Part shown: positions 27,725-41,740 of the stretch, piece after piece | How positions within the stretch are numbered: the stretch's first letter is position 1 | How the letters are laid out: each line of letters starts with the position of its first letter | DNA from: Podarcis erhardii | Taxonomy: Eukaryota | Direction: 5' to 3' (one strand) | DNA length: 64,000 nucleotides | NCBI GenBank assembly: GCA_964252035.1 | Contig: OZ176200.1 | Made by a program: the position numbers and the translations under genes | The notes under the pieces: model-generated | What the model saw: the letters and a program-made list of their open reading frames with translations, nothing else | Databases searched by the model: none | What the model was told of the DNA's origin: nothing

Positions 27725-27915
27725 CACATGAAGCTGCCTCATGCTGAGTCAGAACATTGGTTCATCTAGTCCAGTATCATCTATTCTCACTGGCCACAGC
27801 TCTCCAGGGTCTCAGACCAGAGGTCTTTCTCAGCACGTGCTAGAGATTCTGGTGACTGAACCTAGGACCTTATACATGCAAAGCATGTTCTATACCATTG
27901 AGCTCTGCCTCCCCG
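27725..27915 (-). mobile_element. tRNA-derived squamate SINE (Squam2-like)
   Basis: aagctgcctcatgctgagtcagaacattggttcatctag...gaacctaggacctt...catgcaaagcatg; degenerate. Confidence 0.6.
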
Positions 27916-28506
27916 ACCCCAATCTCTTTGATTACAAAGAAATTCCAGTCAACTTAGCAAAATCCTTTCTGTATTAAGGAAACACTTCAGACATTATATA
28001 TCTGCTTAGGTACATTTGGACGTCTACAACCTAAATGTTTGTGTAAGACTGTGTGTGAATTAGTTGGGATCATCTTCTATTTCACATTGTAACTTTGAGC
28101 TGCCATTTTGTTAGTGTTCTTGAGTTGACTAAACCAATCATCCAGTTGCTGAAGCCCATATCATCTTGAAAAGGATTCTCCCCCCCCCCCCCCCCGATTG
28201 AACAGAAACCCAGCGCAATGTGTATCAAATACAAAGAATGGAAGGTTGTGTTGCTGGGGGGTAGAAAGGGCATGTGCAAGGAAATTATAAAAGGATCGCT
28301 TGTGTTTCCGGGTTCACAAGAAGGTCTGGAAGAAACAGGTCATTTTTCAGGGGTTTGAAACCTGACAGAACGACATTAAATGATTGGCGTTCACTCAGCC
28401 GCTAGAAATGTGTCAAAGTAAAGGTGAGCAAGGGAAGAGTAACTGTTCTGTCTTTGAGAAAAATGTTGGTGAGGGTAGATTGGGATCGCCTTTTGCTTGC
28501 TAATCC

Positions 28507-28509
28507 TAT

Positions 28510-28548
<39 letters not shown>
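28507..28548. repeat. (TATT)n microsatellite
   Basis: Direct reading. Confidence 0.9.
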
Positions 28549-28553
<5 letters not shown>

Positions 28554-31500
28554 CCTCTTTCCTTTCCTTTCCTTAGTTATTTATTTAAATGCACATACCG
28601 CTTGATTGTAGTAAAATTCCTAAGCGGTTTACAAGAAAAGTAGAGTTGCGATTTTTCTCCTACAAACGTTGTACCATGGATGTTCACCTTGCATTCCCCC
28701 TCCCCCCGGCCCCACCTGCGACGTTTTGGAGTAAGTTGCCATGTGTCTATAAAGAATCCATTCATTGTGGGACGTTAGCTTCTAAATAAGAGGCTAGAAG
28801 CAAGATTTTTCACTTTGCTTCTCACAGAGGGTGGTTGGGGCAAACAGAAGTTGAAAATGAAAAAATGTGTAGGAGAATATGCTGACTCGCTTACTGATTT
28901 GGGGGCATTTTATCTGCAGCTACCCCCCCCCCTTTGGATACTTCCATCTTCTAATCTGTGATACAACATTCAATAGCTGTGTACATGTCATGGCTCCTAC
29001 ATGAGCAACTGTGCTCCTATATCCCTAGATTGAAGTCTCTGTTTTCTATCTTCTGTTGTAACATCTGTCCTTCCAAATTCAAAGCATTGTCTGCTACACT
29101 GCTGGTATACTTTTGTATTTTTAAAATACTGAATAGTGGTAAATGATCAGTAGAATAAAATTGCATTTCCAGTAACTTATGTGAACATAAAGAAGTAAGA
29201 ATCAATAGTGTGTTGCAGTTTTAAAAAAATAAATACTCAAAAGACATTGTTTTCACGATTAAGTTCCCCAAAACTTCACAGTTATTCGAATACATCAGGC
29301 ACTCAATTCCATTGATGAGGTATTCCAGTGCCTCAAATTCCATGAGACACAGAATAGTCTCTTAATATTGAAAACTCTGAAATTTCTGGATGACACTGGG
29401 CTGAATGAGCTGTTGGCGTTGACACAGATGAGTCTGCCTAACTTTTCTGACTCTGAAATCACGAGGTGCTAAGCTATTGCAAGAACATTATATCCACTTT
29501 TCCTACACATGTAAAATAACATCTTTGTAAAAATATAAAATCCCTTAATTTTCTTTGTAAGATAGAAATTTAATAATGTACCAACAGAAAATGCCTTTGT
29601 CTTAAACAACTGCCCCTTACAAAAATCGCAGTTAAGGCCACAGTCCTAAGTTCACTACATGGAAGCAAACTTTTCACTGAAACAAATGGGAATTGCATTG
29701 TATTTATGATTGGGTACTAAACTATGGGTTTTATTTTTTTTGCACCCGGTTGGGGGTGGGGAAAAAGGGCTTGTAGAAATTTCACTATATTGCCTTAGGT
29801 TGTGATCCAGTGGAGCGTTTAAGAGTTTTACTTAATTTTAAGCATGTAAATAGTCCCAGGGGACCGCTCAGCACAGTTTGCATGTTGCCAAGGGGTGTGT
29901 TAGTGCTTGTGTGCTCTTCTGCTCCCAGCTCCCAGTGGTTGACATACAGTAACGCAGTTCATGCTTCTTGGCAGTCTATTGCCACAGACATCTTTTGCCA
30001 GGAGCTGTTTCTGATAAGCGCAGTTTAGCTGAATATTTCTGGAACTGATTGGTAGTAGACTTGTACAAAACTACTAATTATGGGAATGAGAAAAAAATTA
30101 TACTATGGTAACATTTGGTTAGCTAGCACAGTGATTCACACCTACTATTAAAGAGGATGCTGGCATTCAGTTTTCATCTAGGATGCATCTCTTTGTCCCA
30201 ACCTCTGAATGGGCTGCCCTTTCTGCCCCAACCAACTTGCTCCAGATGACATATTCTTCACTGCCTAAAGCCTGGGTGGCTCCACATGGAAAGATTCCTC
30301 TTTCGTACATAGACTTGGGAAGCGCTGTGCTAGCTTTTGTCTGATTTTTGTTTAAAGGGGAAGCAATGTAGAATACTGTAGATACTTGTTTGTTTAAATA
30401 TATTAAATGTTGGTCAGTTTAGAATTTGGGTGCTGGTACTCCAAAAGAGATGGTGTCTGATGCTAAGGTGTCAGCATTTTAGGAAGGTGTAAATTACTAC
30501 TGCCATGGCACATTTATTTACCATCACTAGTTGGCTTGATGCAGAACAAATGTGATGGATACTCTCCTTGTCCAGAAGGCGACTGTTAATGTCATGGGTA
30601 GTAAGAGAGAATGCCAAACTCCCAGTTCTGCTGAGGAAAAGATTGCCTCAATGAGACCTCAAATTTAACTAAGGTGTAGCAATTTTGGTGATTTGTTTTT
30701 TATTCACCTAAAAACGGACTCTCGAACTGAATGATAATTCTATCAAGTTTTTCATTGTATCTAATTTCACAGAATCTCCTTAGGAATAGTTACCAGAAGT
30801 AATATAGACATACTGGAACTACATGACAGAATCTTTGCAAAAAACAACACTTAGCCTGTTTAATTTCTGGGATATAGAATATAATGACCTTCAGAATTTC
30901 TGTGCCAAATCCCATTTTCTCAGTTTTGCTTTATATAAACAAGACAACAGGTTGATCATGCATTCACATGGGCTGGCTTTGGGACCCCAGGATATTTTAT
31001 TAAATGGCTATTTAGAGCATTAATAACATGCTAGCCTTGATTGGCACATACGTCACAGAAAAAAACATCAAAAATAGGAGGAGGATAATGTAGTAATTCA
31101 ATCCTTATTATCATTGGATATTTCTAAACAGAAATTTTATCCCTGGAGTTTAGTTTTGCGGAATATGAAAGGTGAGGTGTAGAGGATAACAGGATTCTTC
31201 TTCCATGTCAATGTATGCATTTTAGACTTGCTGATCCTTTCAAACTTGGATTCAAGGCTTTCATGAGTGTGACTATGTAATTGGGAGACAATGAATTACT
31301 GTCTCAAGATCAGAAAGACCAATCAGAGAATATTGTAGTGAGGAAGCACTCTTTATTGTTAAATATCAAGACAAAGCATGAGCTATGATAAATAAACATT
31401 ATTTATTAAATTTGTATGCTGCCCTACATCTTTAGATCTCAGGGTGGTTCACAGCCTTGGTTCTATGGATCTACTGCTGCTATTTACAGCAGTCAGAGAA

Positions 31501-34500
31501 TTTCATTTGACCAGAGGCCCTCAAATTTTCTTGAAATCAACAAAAACCAAATCAAACCTAAAAACTACCCTTGTGCCTCCTTACATACAACCAAGATAAA
31601 ACAAATATAAGTGGTACAGTTGACAGTCTAGGCTTTTGTAGGTCTTCAGTGTGCTTTGACTACCTCAGAAAAGACAGCCTATGAAAGATAAGTTGCTGGC
31701 TCTGGGCTTCTGGTCCCATCAATACAGTTTAGGTTGGTATGTGGACCGTGTAGCTAAAGAGGGCACACATTAGAATTGGCCTCGGGTTGGGATTGTTTTC
31801 CATCTAGCAGTTTCTCTTCATAGGTAAGCTTTAAGCACCAGTGATTCCAAATGATAGCACAGGACTCCTAAAGCTATTCAGCCAATCGCTTACGTTAAAA
31901 GAAAGCTTCTGTGGCAGCTCTCTAGTATTAAAATCCATATTGCTCACCACCGCTGCCAGCATTAGAAGATTCTCCTGTGGCCACATGGATCTGATTTCCG
32001 TAGCATGCATGACCACCACTCTTCCCTTCTGTAGCAGAAACAGTTCAAAATGTAAAGTCATGTGTGAATGCAAGCTTATTTAATAACTAAGCATGTATAT
32101 TGATGGGTGAGTTCTTTTACAGTTAGGTCCTGATTCTGAAAGGTCATTTATTGTATTTGCATTGGAGCAGCTGCCTCATTTTTATTTTTATTTTTGAACT
32201 TGAGGGCAGGAGGAATGATTTCTGCTGTTCTTCTGCACAAGATCAAAATGGCTGAATGTGTGGAGAAGATGTGGTATTGGTTCTACTTCCCTTTAAAAAA
32301 AAGAAAATAGTCATGGATTAAAGGTGGCATAGGACAAAAAACACACACACATTGGAACACTCTTTTTTATTTAAGATTATTTGATATTTGCATCCTTCTG
32401 GCTCTGGAAGCAGCATATGAGTAATTGTGGCTCCTCAAGAGAAGCTTACAATTGCTCCAGCATAATAGAAGCTCCTCGCTACACTCAGCCTGGGTTTATC
32501 GCAAGTAATCTCTGTGACTCTAAAGCGTGGTGTAAATATACAGCCGTGGTATAAATATTGGTACTGGAAATGGCTTTAAGCACTCAAAGCATTTTCCCAA
32601 TTTGAACTGCTTGTGTTGCATCTGCAGTCATTCCAACCTATGATTCCACGAGACTCTGTTTGTAATTTGATGTCTCTGTTTCTTAATTGTTTTTTTTTAT
32701 TTGCTGTTTTTAGATTGTTGTTGAGTCCCATAAGGATAAATGCACCCAATGCCACTCCCACTCAGGGGTGTATTCATCAGCACAGGAAATATAACCTGAA
32801 ACCTTTTAAATTCAAGTTCAAGGTATCACATTAGGTTCTAGTGACCTGAGTGGATCACATGTCACTAGAGGAACATGACTACATGAAAACATGTGGCTAA
32901 CTTCTAACATCCGCCCCCCCTTCCCCTATAAAGGGTGCTTTGGTTGGTGTCCTTGGTTCCATTCATCTCATGTAACTTCATAAGCAACATTTATGCAATT
33001 TGACAAGCCCATTGTAGACAACGGAGGCTGGAAAACTGCTGTAAACTGAAATTTAAAAAATGGAACTTCATCTTATTAAAATATATTGTTTCTGCTTAAC
33101 ATCCCATGTGTGTGAAGTGTTTTGTTTCAAGTTACTCAGGTGCATTTATCAGTTTAATACACAACCACAAGGAGAGGGTTGGCCTGTTAAGTAGAATGGA
33201 GGCAAAGACCATTCTTCACAACTGATGACAATAATGGAACAGCCTTGTTGGTTTTCAATTAGTATTCATTGACTTGTTGAGTAGCATCCCTGTTTTGTGA
33301 TAGAACTAATTGGGTGTGGGGGGGGGGGACCAAACACATGATTTTAAATTCCACAGAGAACTTTATAGGAACAATATTGGTTTCAGGAAGAGACTGTACC
33401 AGGATGCAGTACGAAAATGAAAGAGAGGCTTGTTTTCTATGTTGATAAAAGCTGTATTGAATACAGATAACACAGAATTAAAAATTACTGAGTTTCTGAC
33501 TCCTGATTGTTGATTTGTCCTTCCCTTAGAATGTATTAATATGCAATGCTTATTCAAATAATTTTGTAATTGGAATATAAATCTTGAATATACTTTCAAC
33601 ATGCCAATTGTGTTATGAATAACACAAGTATTTATTTAGGAGATGGTTGGGTGTTTTTGTGTGCTACATATCAAAAAGAGTTTTAAAATTAACATAGTCC
33701 TGGGAGAGTCCCAGAAAAGAAAGTAATGCCTTTTGTTATTTGTGATTTTGGTTCAAAAAATGGTTACAAGAACTAGTCCAAAGACTTGCTGCACTTAATA
33801 CACATGTTGGCAGCTGATGTGTGCGGCACGTAAGAGAGATGCTTCATTGAACAGAAGATAAAGATGGATTCCTTTTCTAACACTTAGCAACATGTTTCAA
33901 GCTGAAAGCAGTGATGTGTTGCCGGCAGTTTAACAAGTGGCTCCCAGAAGATTCCAGTGAGAGTGAAGATCCATCCATTTGCCAACTGATGAAGATCACC
34001 CTGGTGGGAGCAAAAAACTGTTTATGCAAAAATGCTGCAAAGCATCAGAAAAAAAAAAACATAATGGGTTTATAATCATGTAACAAGATATGTTCATGTA
34101 AAATGATTCAGACATGAAGGAAATGAAGGTTTAAGTGATATTGATTTAAATAGCAGGTAGTTGGTACAACATTATCTGAACCATGTGAAGACCAATCCAC
34201 ACAGCAGCGAAGGAACAAGTCACACCTATATTTTTCTTTATTTCCTCTTTCCCCATAATCCAACAATTGTGCATATGACATATTGTCTAAAAAGAATGAT
34301 GTTCCCTACAGGACTATCTTAGAGATCATATCCCCCCTTGGAATGTACAAAGCACCCTATGCAAACAAATCCATTCACAAAGCAATAACAGTTACAGTGC
34401 TTTCTGGAAGCTCCAAACCCTGCTGTGTAACTGTTCCCTATTCAATAGGACTGTCTTGTCCCAATATCCTAAGAGCATTCTTATCCATTACATTCTGAAA

Positions 34501-35049
34501 TATACTGCTATGCTTGTACTTATTCTCATAAACTGTACAAGAGAAACTACACCATAGAACAATATTATAATCCATATTAAATGTTTATAACAGCACATAC
34601 AGTACTTTACATAGATTCACTAGGCTACTGACCAGCAAAATCATCTCTTCGGCTTTTTTTATTTTCTCTCTGCAGTAGCATAAATCCATGAATGTGCATC
34701 TGCACTGTGCCTATGTTCAATTTTCATACTCGTTTTTTCTACAGACAAGTATGATCACTAGTTGGGTGACCATGGTGTTGGTGTCTCCACTGTGTCAAGA
34801 GCAGTGTCAGTGCTGGGTTGACCTCTTCAAACAGGTATATTCTGTTGTGGGATGTTTCATCCTACAACAGTGGCAACAAGGCACTATGTGCAGATACAAT
34901 AATACATGCTCTTTCTTTGGCAAGGGGCTTCTATTGCCAATGCAAAATGGCACCTTCTAGTTGGAACATCTTGGGTATCCTTTGCAATGTTCCTCTAGGT
35001 CTAGAGCAATGTATTTTGATTGCTAATCATCTTCCCTGTTTCTTGATAG

Positions 35050-35201
35050 GAAGTACAGTTCCTGCAGTGTTTGCCATCCCAGCAGCAAACCGACCCGGGT
35101 TCACAGGCTATTTCATCCCAACACCACCTACTGCATACAGGAACCAAGCTTGGATGTCCTATGCGGCAGAAAATGAATTACCAGGGCAATGGGCAGACTC
35201 G
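35050..35201 (+). CDS. KIAA1549L: KIAA1549L coding exon (STVPAVFAIPAANRPGFTGYFIPTPP...QWADS)
   Basis: ttcttgatag|ga acceptor, tcg|gtaatt donor; 152 nt. Confidence 0.92.
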
Positions 35202-35538
35202 GTAATTTTTCACATTTTCTTTCTATGATTTGTATGTTGAATGCAGATAGTAAGCTTTCTTGGAAGTCCCTTTGGAAAGGGAAATTTCCACATAGACAGT
35301 ACTTTTCATGGGCTACTGCTAGTATTTGTTGCAAAGTTGCAGCTACTGGTTGCCTATTTTGCACTGGCCTAAAGAGAATAGGAAAGATTAAAGAATGATC
35401 TTAGCATGCAACAGTAGTAAATTCTCTTCACTGAAGTCCTTGATTTTGTTTTATACCTCTTTCTGAACTAAAAGCAGCACCTTGCTCTCTACACAGTTGG
35501 TGCAAATTGTCCTGTGTGGCCAAGCAGAGGTTATTTTC

Positions 35539-35710
35539 TAGGAACATTGGAGGCTGCCTTTCCACTGAGCCAGACCATTGCCCCATTCTAGCTCACTATA
35601 CTGACCGTCAGAGGCTATCTGAGTATCTCCCAGACCTACCTGGAGATTGTGGGGATTGAACTTGAGGCCTTCTGTGTGCAAAGCAGATTCTCTACCTGAG
35701 CCATAACCTA
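35539..35710 (-). mobile_element. tRNA-derived squamate SINE (Squam2-like)
   Basis: taggaacat.ggaggctgcct...gagccagaccattg...ggattgaacttgaggccttctgtgtgcaaagcag. Confidence 0.6.
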
Positions 35711-38700
35711 ACTCTCTTAAGAGCTATGAGTGCCATACAAAGAATAAGGCACCAGGGCCTTCAGGACAGGAAATCAATAGGAAAGAGATGACATAGAGCC
35801 ACATCTCATTTGTTATATGGTCTGCTTTGATTTAGCTCATTTGTCAGGAATTCCTCTGAGCTGTTAACCACAGCCTGATATCCACCATACCTTTGAGCCA
35901 AGATGGGACTTGCAGATAATTTCCCAAGCTGTTGGCAGTGGGTGTATGAAGACAGTGCAAACCAGAACGCTAAGGGTGATTTGTGTTAGCAATATGTTGC
36001 TCTCCGCAAAAGATAGCATGCTCTGCATGAGTAAAATGTTCACAGAGTATTCGGTTTCCATCTACATCTCTCCCATCCAAAATTGTTGTCACTGGGGATG
36101 CAGTTGGTAACTCTCTTTTTAAATTCTGGTCTGACAGATTTTTGTTACCAAAGCCATTTTTGTTCAGCTCACCCTGAGTGATAGGCAAAGATACGTTTAA
36201 ATTGACTATAAATTGGGATTTTTCTATTTTGATGTGTTAAGAAGCAATTGCTAAGTGAGATTTAGTTCATTTTGAAGAAAATGGTACTTTCTGTTGAAGG
36301 GAAGAGCTGTACTCCCTGACAAACTCAGAGTGTGACTGGTGAAAGTAAAACTGCTGGGCCTGGTTAACAGGTTTTGGAGTTGTTATCACTGTGAGGAGAA
36401 AACTAAAGATCACGCTACTTTTTTGACTGCTTCATATGGGAGCAGTTTACTTCATACCTATGAAGAAAACCATGTAGTTCCCATACTGGATTCCTGTCAA
36501 GTGTATGACAAAATAGACATTTGCTTGAGACAAGTTTTATGCGATAATTATAGGGTTGGTTTTTTTACCACATAATATGTTTTCTTTTTAGAAACTATGG
36601 GGAACCAAATGAGAGAAGTTGCAGTTTATTTGTGTATTTGAGTTCAAGTTATCTTGAACATCATGAGATAGGCAGGATAGATTTTTTGAAAATAAAATTA
36701 AGAGGGGTCTTGAAGGAAATGGGAAGATTCCAGGAACTTCCACTGCCTAAATGCAGGATTTTCAAGTATTAAAGCAGACAGTTTTTCTAGATTTTTAAAA
36801 AATATCTCCCTTAGTAAAACAGCCATTACATACATTCAAGGGCTTGTGTCTAGTGATAGTACCAGCCTCATGAGAAGATACAAAGAAGCATTTGGTGGAC
36901 AAAACAGTTTGCATTTTTGTGGTACTTACCTCAGAAGTATCATTGTAAAGCACTGTATGGGCTGAAACTGGTGAAATACTGACCTCTAGTGTTTTGTTCT
37001 GAAACCTCTCTTTGTTAAATGTCTCCCATAACACAGTTTTATAAGCAAATGTGCTTTGCTTTGACTGAATTTTATTGTCACTTGCATCTTGGTACTGCAT
37101 AGATTTTAGTTTTATGCCTCACATAGATGAAGATAAGGGCCTTGCGGTTCATAAATACGAGTAAGCAACTGGGTGGCAAAAAGACTCAGCATCTAACAGG
37201 TGTTTTAGAAGTAAATTTATCAAATCTGGACTGTTTCTTTCTAGGTACTGGATATAAGGTGTTGTTATAATGTCTGGGAATATGCTTTTATAAGATATGA
37301 TAGAATATATAGTACTGACAATTTCAAACCTGAGAATCGTTTATTCAGTGATTCAGAGAGTACTTGTCTAATTAAGAGATAGAGCCACATAGAGTGCACA
37401 CAGAATGAAAGATTGTTGGTACAGATTCAGATTGATAAATTCCAGTTTGCAAATTCTGTATAAAACATTATGTTGGCACCTTATAATCAGTACTGTAGAT
37501 TAGATTGCTAGCTTGGCCTGGAACCTTCCAATTTAGACCATTGTAAGATTGCTAAGATTATTTAAATATTATGGAAACACACTGGAGGTATTAAATCACT
37601 CCAGGATTTAATATTTGACAGCCTTGGAGGCAATGAATCAACAGAGTCCAATACTGGATTTGAAACTTCTCTATGCAGTTTAAATTATTGAGAGAAGATA
37701 AATGTGCCTTTACTGTAAATCCATCAGGATCTTTATTGATGGGCAACCCACTACTAGTACACTATGGTTTGGGGAACGATGAGCAATTTGGTGTGTTCCC
37801 ACTCATATTTCTATAAAGCTATTAAAATTGAGAAGTAAACATATTTTTTAAATATTTATACTTTGTCATTCAAGTCATCCAAGAAGAATGATAAAAACAA
37901 ACAAATTAAAGGAATGAATTACAAGTTCAATATCAAAACAGAAATCCACAACAATTAAAATTTAAAATGGCAATAAAGCCACATTGGATCATAAAACTTC
38001 AAAAGCAACAATAAATAGCAATAAAACACTAAAATAGCAGACAGGAGAAAACAATGCCCCTGCTATTAAAAGCTCAGGACAATAAAATGGTTTTGAATGG
38101 GTTCCTCAAAGTGGATAAAGTAGACACAATACCACAGAAAAGCCACTTTTGTCTGCTGATCTCTGGAGTCAGGGGGATCTGGCCTTAGATGGAAGAGTAG
38201 ACCACTTTTCAAATAAAAACATCCTTAAATAAATATATTGAACAACAAAATTAGATAATACACACAAAGAGAAAACAAACATTAACAGCAAAATAATATA
38301 AGTTCAACACCAAGCGCTCTTGATAATAAAGTCAAAAGCAAAATATCCATGCAGGAATGAATGAAAATGATACAAATATAAAATTATAAACGGTGCATAA
38401 TAACACAACTTACATTGCACAACAAAGGAAACAGAAAAGAAGAAAATGCACTTGGCTGTTTATAGATGCCGCCAAATAAAATCACATTTTGAAGGGATTT
38501 GTGACCCATGTGATTGTGAAGTCATATATTTTTAAAAAATTACCCTCCAAATAGAGGTGAAATCAGTGTCATCCCTAGCCACTCAAGTATTAAAAGTCAA
38601 TATCTGTGAGATAGCAATGAACACATCTTTCTTGAACCGGGTATAGTATCCCTGTTTGAGTGCTACCAGAAGATAGAAAAGTAACTCTTTACACCTAAGT

Positions 38701-39550
38701 TTCTCATTACCTTTGTCAAAAATAGAGAAAATACAGGGTTTAGAGTCTAGAATTGCGCTTTCCCCTATAAGTATACTGATTTCTGTAATCGCTTCCAAAA
38801 TTTATGAACTTTGGCAGAATTCCACCATATGTCCCATTAAGATCCCTTCTCCCCACAGCCCTGCCAGTACAAAGGGGGACAATTGTTTTGTTGTCTGAGG
38901 GGGTGGTTTCCATCGTTTTGAAGTAGGAAGTTGGGCAGCTAGTCCTACCCCCCCCCCAAAAAAACCTGGGCCCACAAGTATATGCCAACTACCCCTGGCC
39001 ACAAATACACCTGTGTATAAATGTTCTTGGATAAAAGTGAGTATATATGCTGCCAGTATACCACCACTATTTCTGTATAGCATGTGAATCAGGAATAGCT
39101 GTGTGTGTGTCCTAAGCTGGTGAGCTGGATGAGGTTAATAAACTGTGACTGAATCCAGATAATATGGAGACTCTATGGATGGGCAGTTCCCAGATCTGGG
39201 ATTGGGATCTAGATTGGGTTACACTCCCTCTGAGGAAGCAGGTGCATAGTTTGAAGCTTTCTCCTAGAGTTTTGTATTACATTATGGGCCATTAAAGTTT
39301 TATAAATAAATAATAGTTTGCTACCATGAAATGGTTCTTGGAAATGGAACAGGTTGGGCAACTCACAAAATTGTTGCAAATAATCCATGCAATAATTTCC
39401 ACTCAGAAATTGCTTTTGTAAATACATAGCTATTTTTCTGACTGCGCCCACAAGTAGCCTCTTTCCTCATGCAACTGTTGCACAAATTATGTCTTGTGTT
39501 TAAGAGCAAACCTTAGGGCAATTTATTTGTCTAATTAATATCTTCTTTAG

Positions 39551-39835
39551 GTCCCGCTTCCTGGCTACATAGAAGCTTATTCACGGCCACGCTACCAACA
39601 CAACCACTCTCCTTCAAGACTTCCTCGTCAATACAGTCAACCAGCAAATATGCACTCTGGCCTGGAACAAGTCCCACTGCCGCCTTCTGCTGCTTCTCAA
39701 CAGAGCCTAACAGAAAATTACCCATTGGATAGCCCACTCAACAACCTTTCCACAGCTGCTCTGGTGAAGGCAATAAGAGAAGAAGTTGCTAAGCTAGCCA
39801 AGAAACAAACAGACATGTTTGAATTTCAGGTCTGA
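39551..39835 (+). CDS. KIAA1549L: KIAA1549L terminal coding exon (VPLPGYIEAY...STAALVKAIREEVAKLAKKQTDMFEFQV*)
   Basis: tcttctttag|gtc acceptor; 95 codons including TGA. C-terminus matches recalled KIAA1549L, not paralogue KIAA1549. The eight exons sum to 1562 nt in one continuous frame. Confidence 0.93.
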   Translation, partial: VPLPGYIEAYSRPRYQHNHSPSRLPRQYSQPANMHSGLEQVPLPPSAASQQSLTENYPLDSPLNNLSTAALVKAIREEVAKLAKKQTDMFEFQV

Positions 39836-41688
39836 TGGCTTCTTGCAGTGAAAGTTTGCATCACATCACTTGTAGGCCCTCTAGCTGTTAATTCAGACTT
39901 CTTGTGGCTTGTGCCAAAGCAATGCCATTTTTTTTTTGTATTCTGAAACAATCAACACTGGATTAAAAAGAAAAGTGAGTTAATAGAGCAGTCAGTCTGA
40001 CGATCAGTTCTCTACCTATAAGGCAGGTGTTCCCAGGCTACCGTTGTAAAATATTGATGTATTTATGATATGCAACTGTCTGTCACATACCTCTTGTTCC
40101 ATGAAGCCTTCGTTGTTGGAGACATTATTTCAACCATCTGCCTGTCTAATATTCCATTATGTTAAGAGCTTGGGAAGCACAAATATAGATCATTCTGTAG
40201 CAACTTGTGCATGTAAAAAAAGTAAACTTTTTTTTATTCAGAAAAAAACCATAGTAATAATATGAAAACTAAGGGCCATATATTCATATATTTGTAGTTC
40301 AGCTGATACAGTATCAAAAAGACTGATGTCAACAAAGCAATAGAGCTCAGCTCTGCCTAGAGACCACATTTAAACCATACAAATCTGATGTGAAGAGTCC
40401 TTTGTAAATATCCCAAAAGTCACAATCGTTGCTCATAATCCAAAACCGACAAAGAGGAAAAGAACAGTAAAGAGGCACGCTAGCATAAATGGTGTCTAAA
40501 GAGCTGGTGTAATGTTACTGTTGAGTTGCACAAAATTGTTTTCAATGCTCTGTATCTCTTCACTGTGAAATGGGAAAGAAAACAGAAATGCTCCCTGGAA
40601 CCTCCCAGTGAAAACAAATTCTTTGAATGTGCCCTACATTCAAAAAGGTTTTCATTCTGAACACATGGCGGAACTGGTAAATTTGAGAACCTTGAGTCTG
40701 TCTCAGTCTGGAATAATGAATACACCTGCTTTTTTTATTTTAAAAAGACACAACCCTCTTGTTTCACACAGAGCTCTGTCCTTCTCTTGTAAACAATGAT
40801 GTCCAGTGAAGTGATGCCAGAAGCAGCTTAACAGACTGACTCTGATTACACTCAACCAGTGACTACGCAAACTTAAGGAATCACCATATCTTTGGGGGTT
40901 GACTACAGTCTTTTCTTAAAGTGTAAATAAGTAAACAAATCTATGAGACAAAGCAGTGTTCTGTGAATCAGGGGTGGGAACTTGCAGCCCTCCCAGATGT
41001 TGTTGAATTCTTAACTCCCCTGTCTGCCCCAGCCAGCATAGCCAGTGGTTAGGGAGGATGGGAGCTGCAGTCAAACAGTCTCTGCTGTGCTGCAGGTTCT
41101 CCATCTCTGCTAGGAGGGGCAGTGTGGGAAGTGATGTTTTGCCAAACCCAGGGCTGTAAGTTCTGGAAGTCATTCATTGTTCTATTGCACTGTCATGAAA
41201 ACACAGCCTCAAAATAGCAGAATGAAACTTTGCTGGTTCACCTTGGGCAGCTGCAAAATAAAAATAAAAATGGTGGACTGTTACAAAAAACACAAACATT
41301 TTAGTTCCTTAATTTATAATTTAACTTTAGGGCAAATAGAAATTGCCTATGGGGTATCATACTGCGTGTATTGATGTCTACCAGAGTAAACATTCCCTTG
41401 AGCCTATTAATTTATTCAGCCTCAACTTTGTCCTCCGATCAGCTAATTTTGTCCCCCCCACCCCGGTGAGTTTCTTTGGTCTTTACTACTGCAGAGAAAC
41501 AAACAAAACAAACAAACAAACAAAAACAAACAAACAGAAACAGTTTAAAGTAAAGCACAGAATTTTTAAGCAAACACATTAAATATGAAAAATATATTTC
41601 CAAGTGTGGAGCATGATATATAATAAGTCCTTGCCAAAGGTCCTAGTAATCGCAGAACCTTTTGGTGTCATTGTTTTCTTGTTATTTC

Positions 41689-41740
41689 AATAAATTGCAT
41701 ATAAATAAAATTGTATTTTTGTAATCATCATGTAAATAAA
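41689..41740 (+). terminator. Cluster of three AATAAA polyadenylation signals, candidate 3' end of KIAA1549L (about 1.9-kb 3' UTR)
   Basis: AATAAA at 41689, 41704 and 41735 in an AT-rich stretch downstream of the stop. Usage not shown. Confidence 0.5.

Noticed and set aside
5452-39835. Calling the gene KIAA1549 (the BRAF-fusion partner)
   Set aside because: The C-terminus AALVKAIREEVAKLAKKQTDMFEFQV, the EHYRNKLRLKAKRKGYYDFP block and the neighbouring C11orf91 fit the paralogue KIAA1549L.
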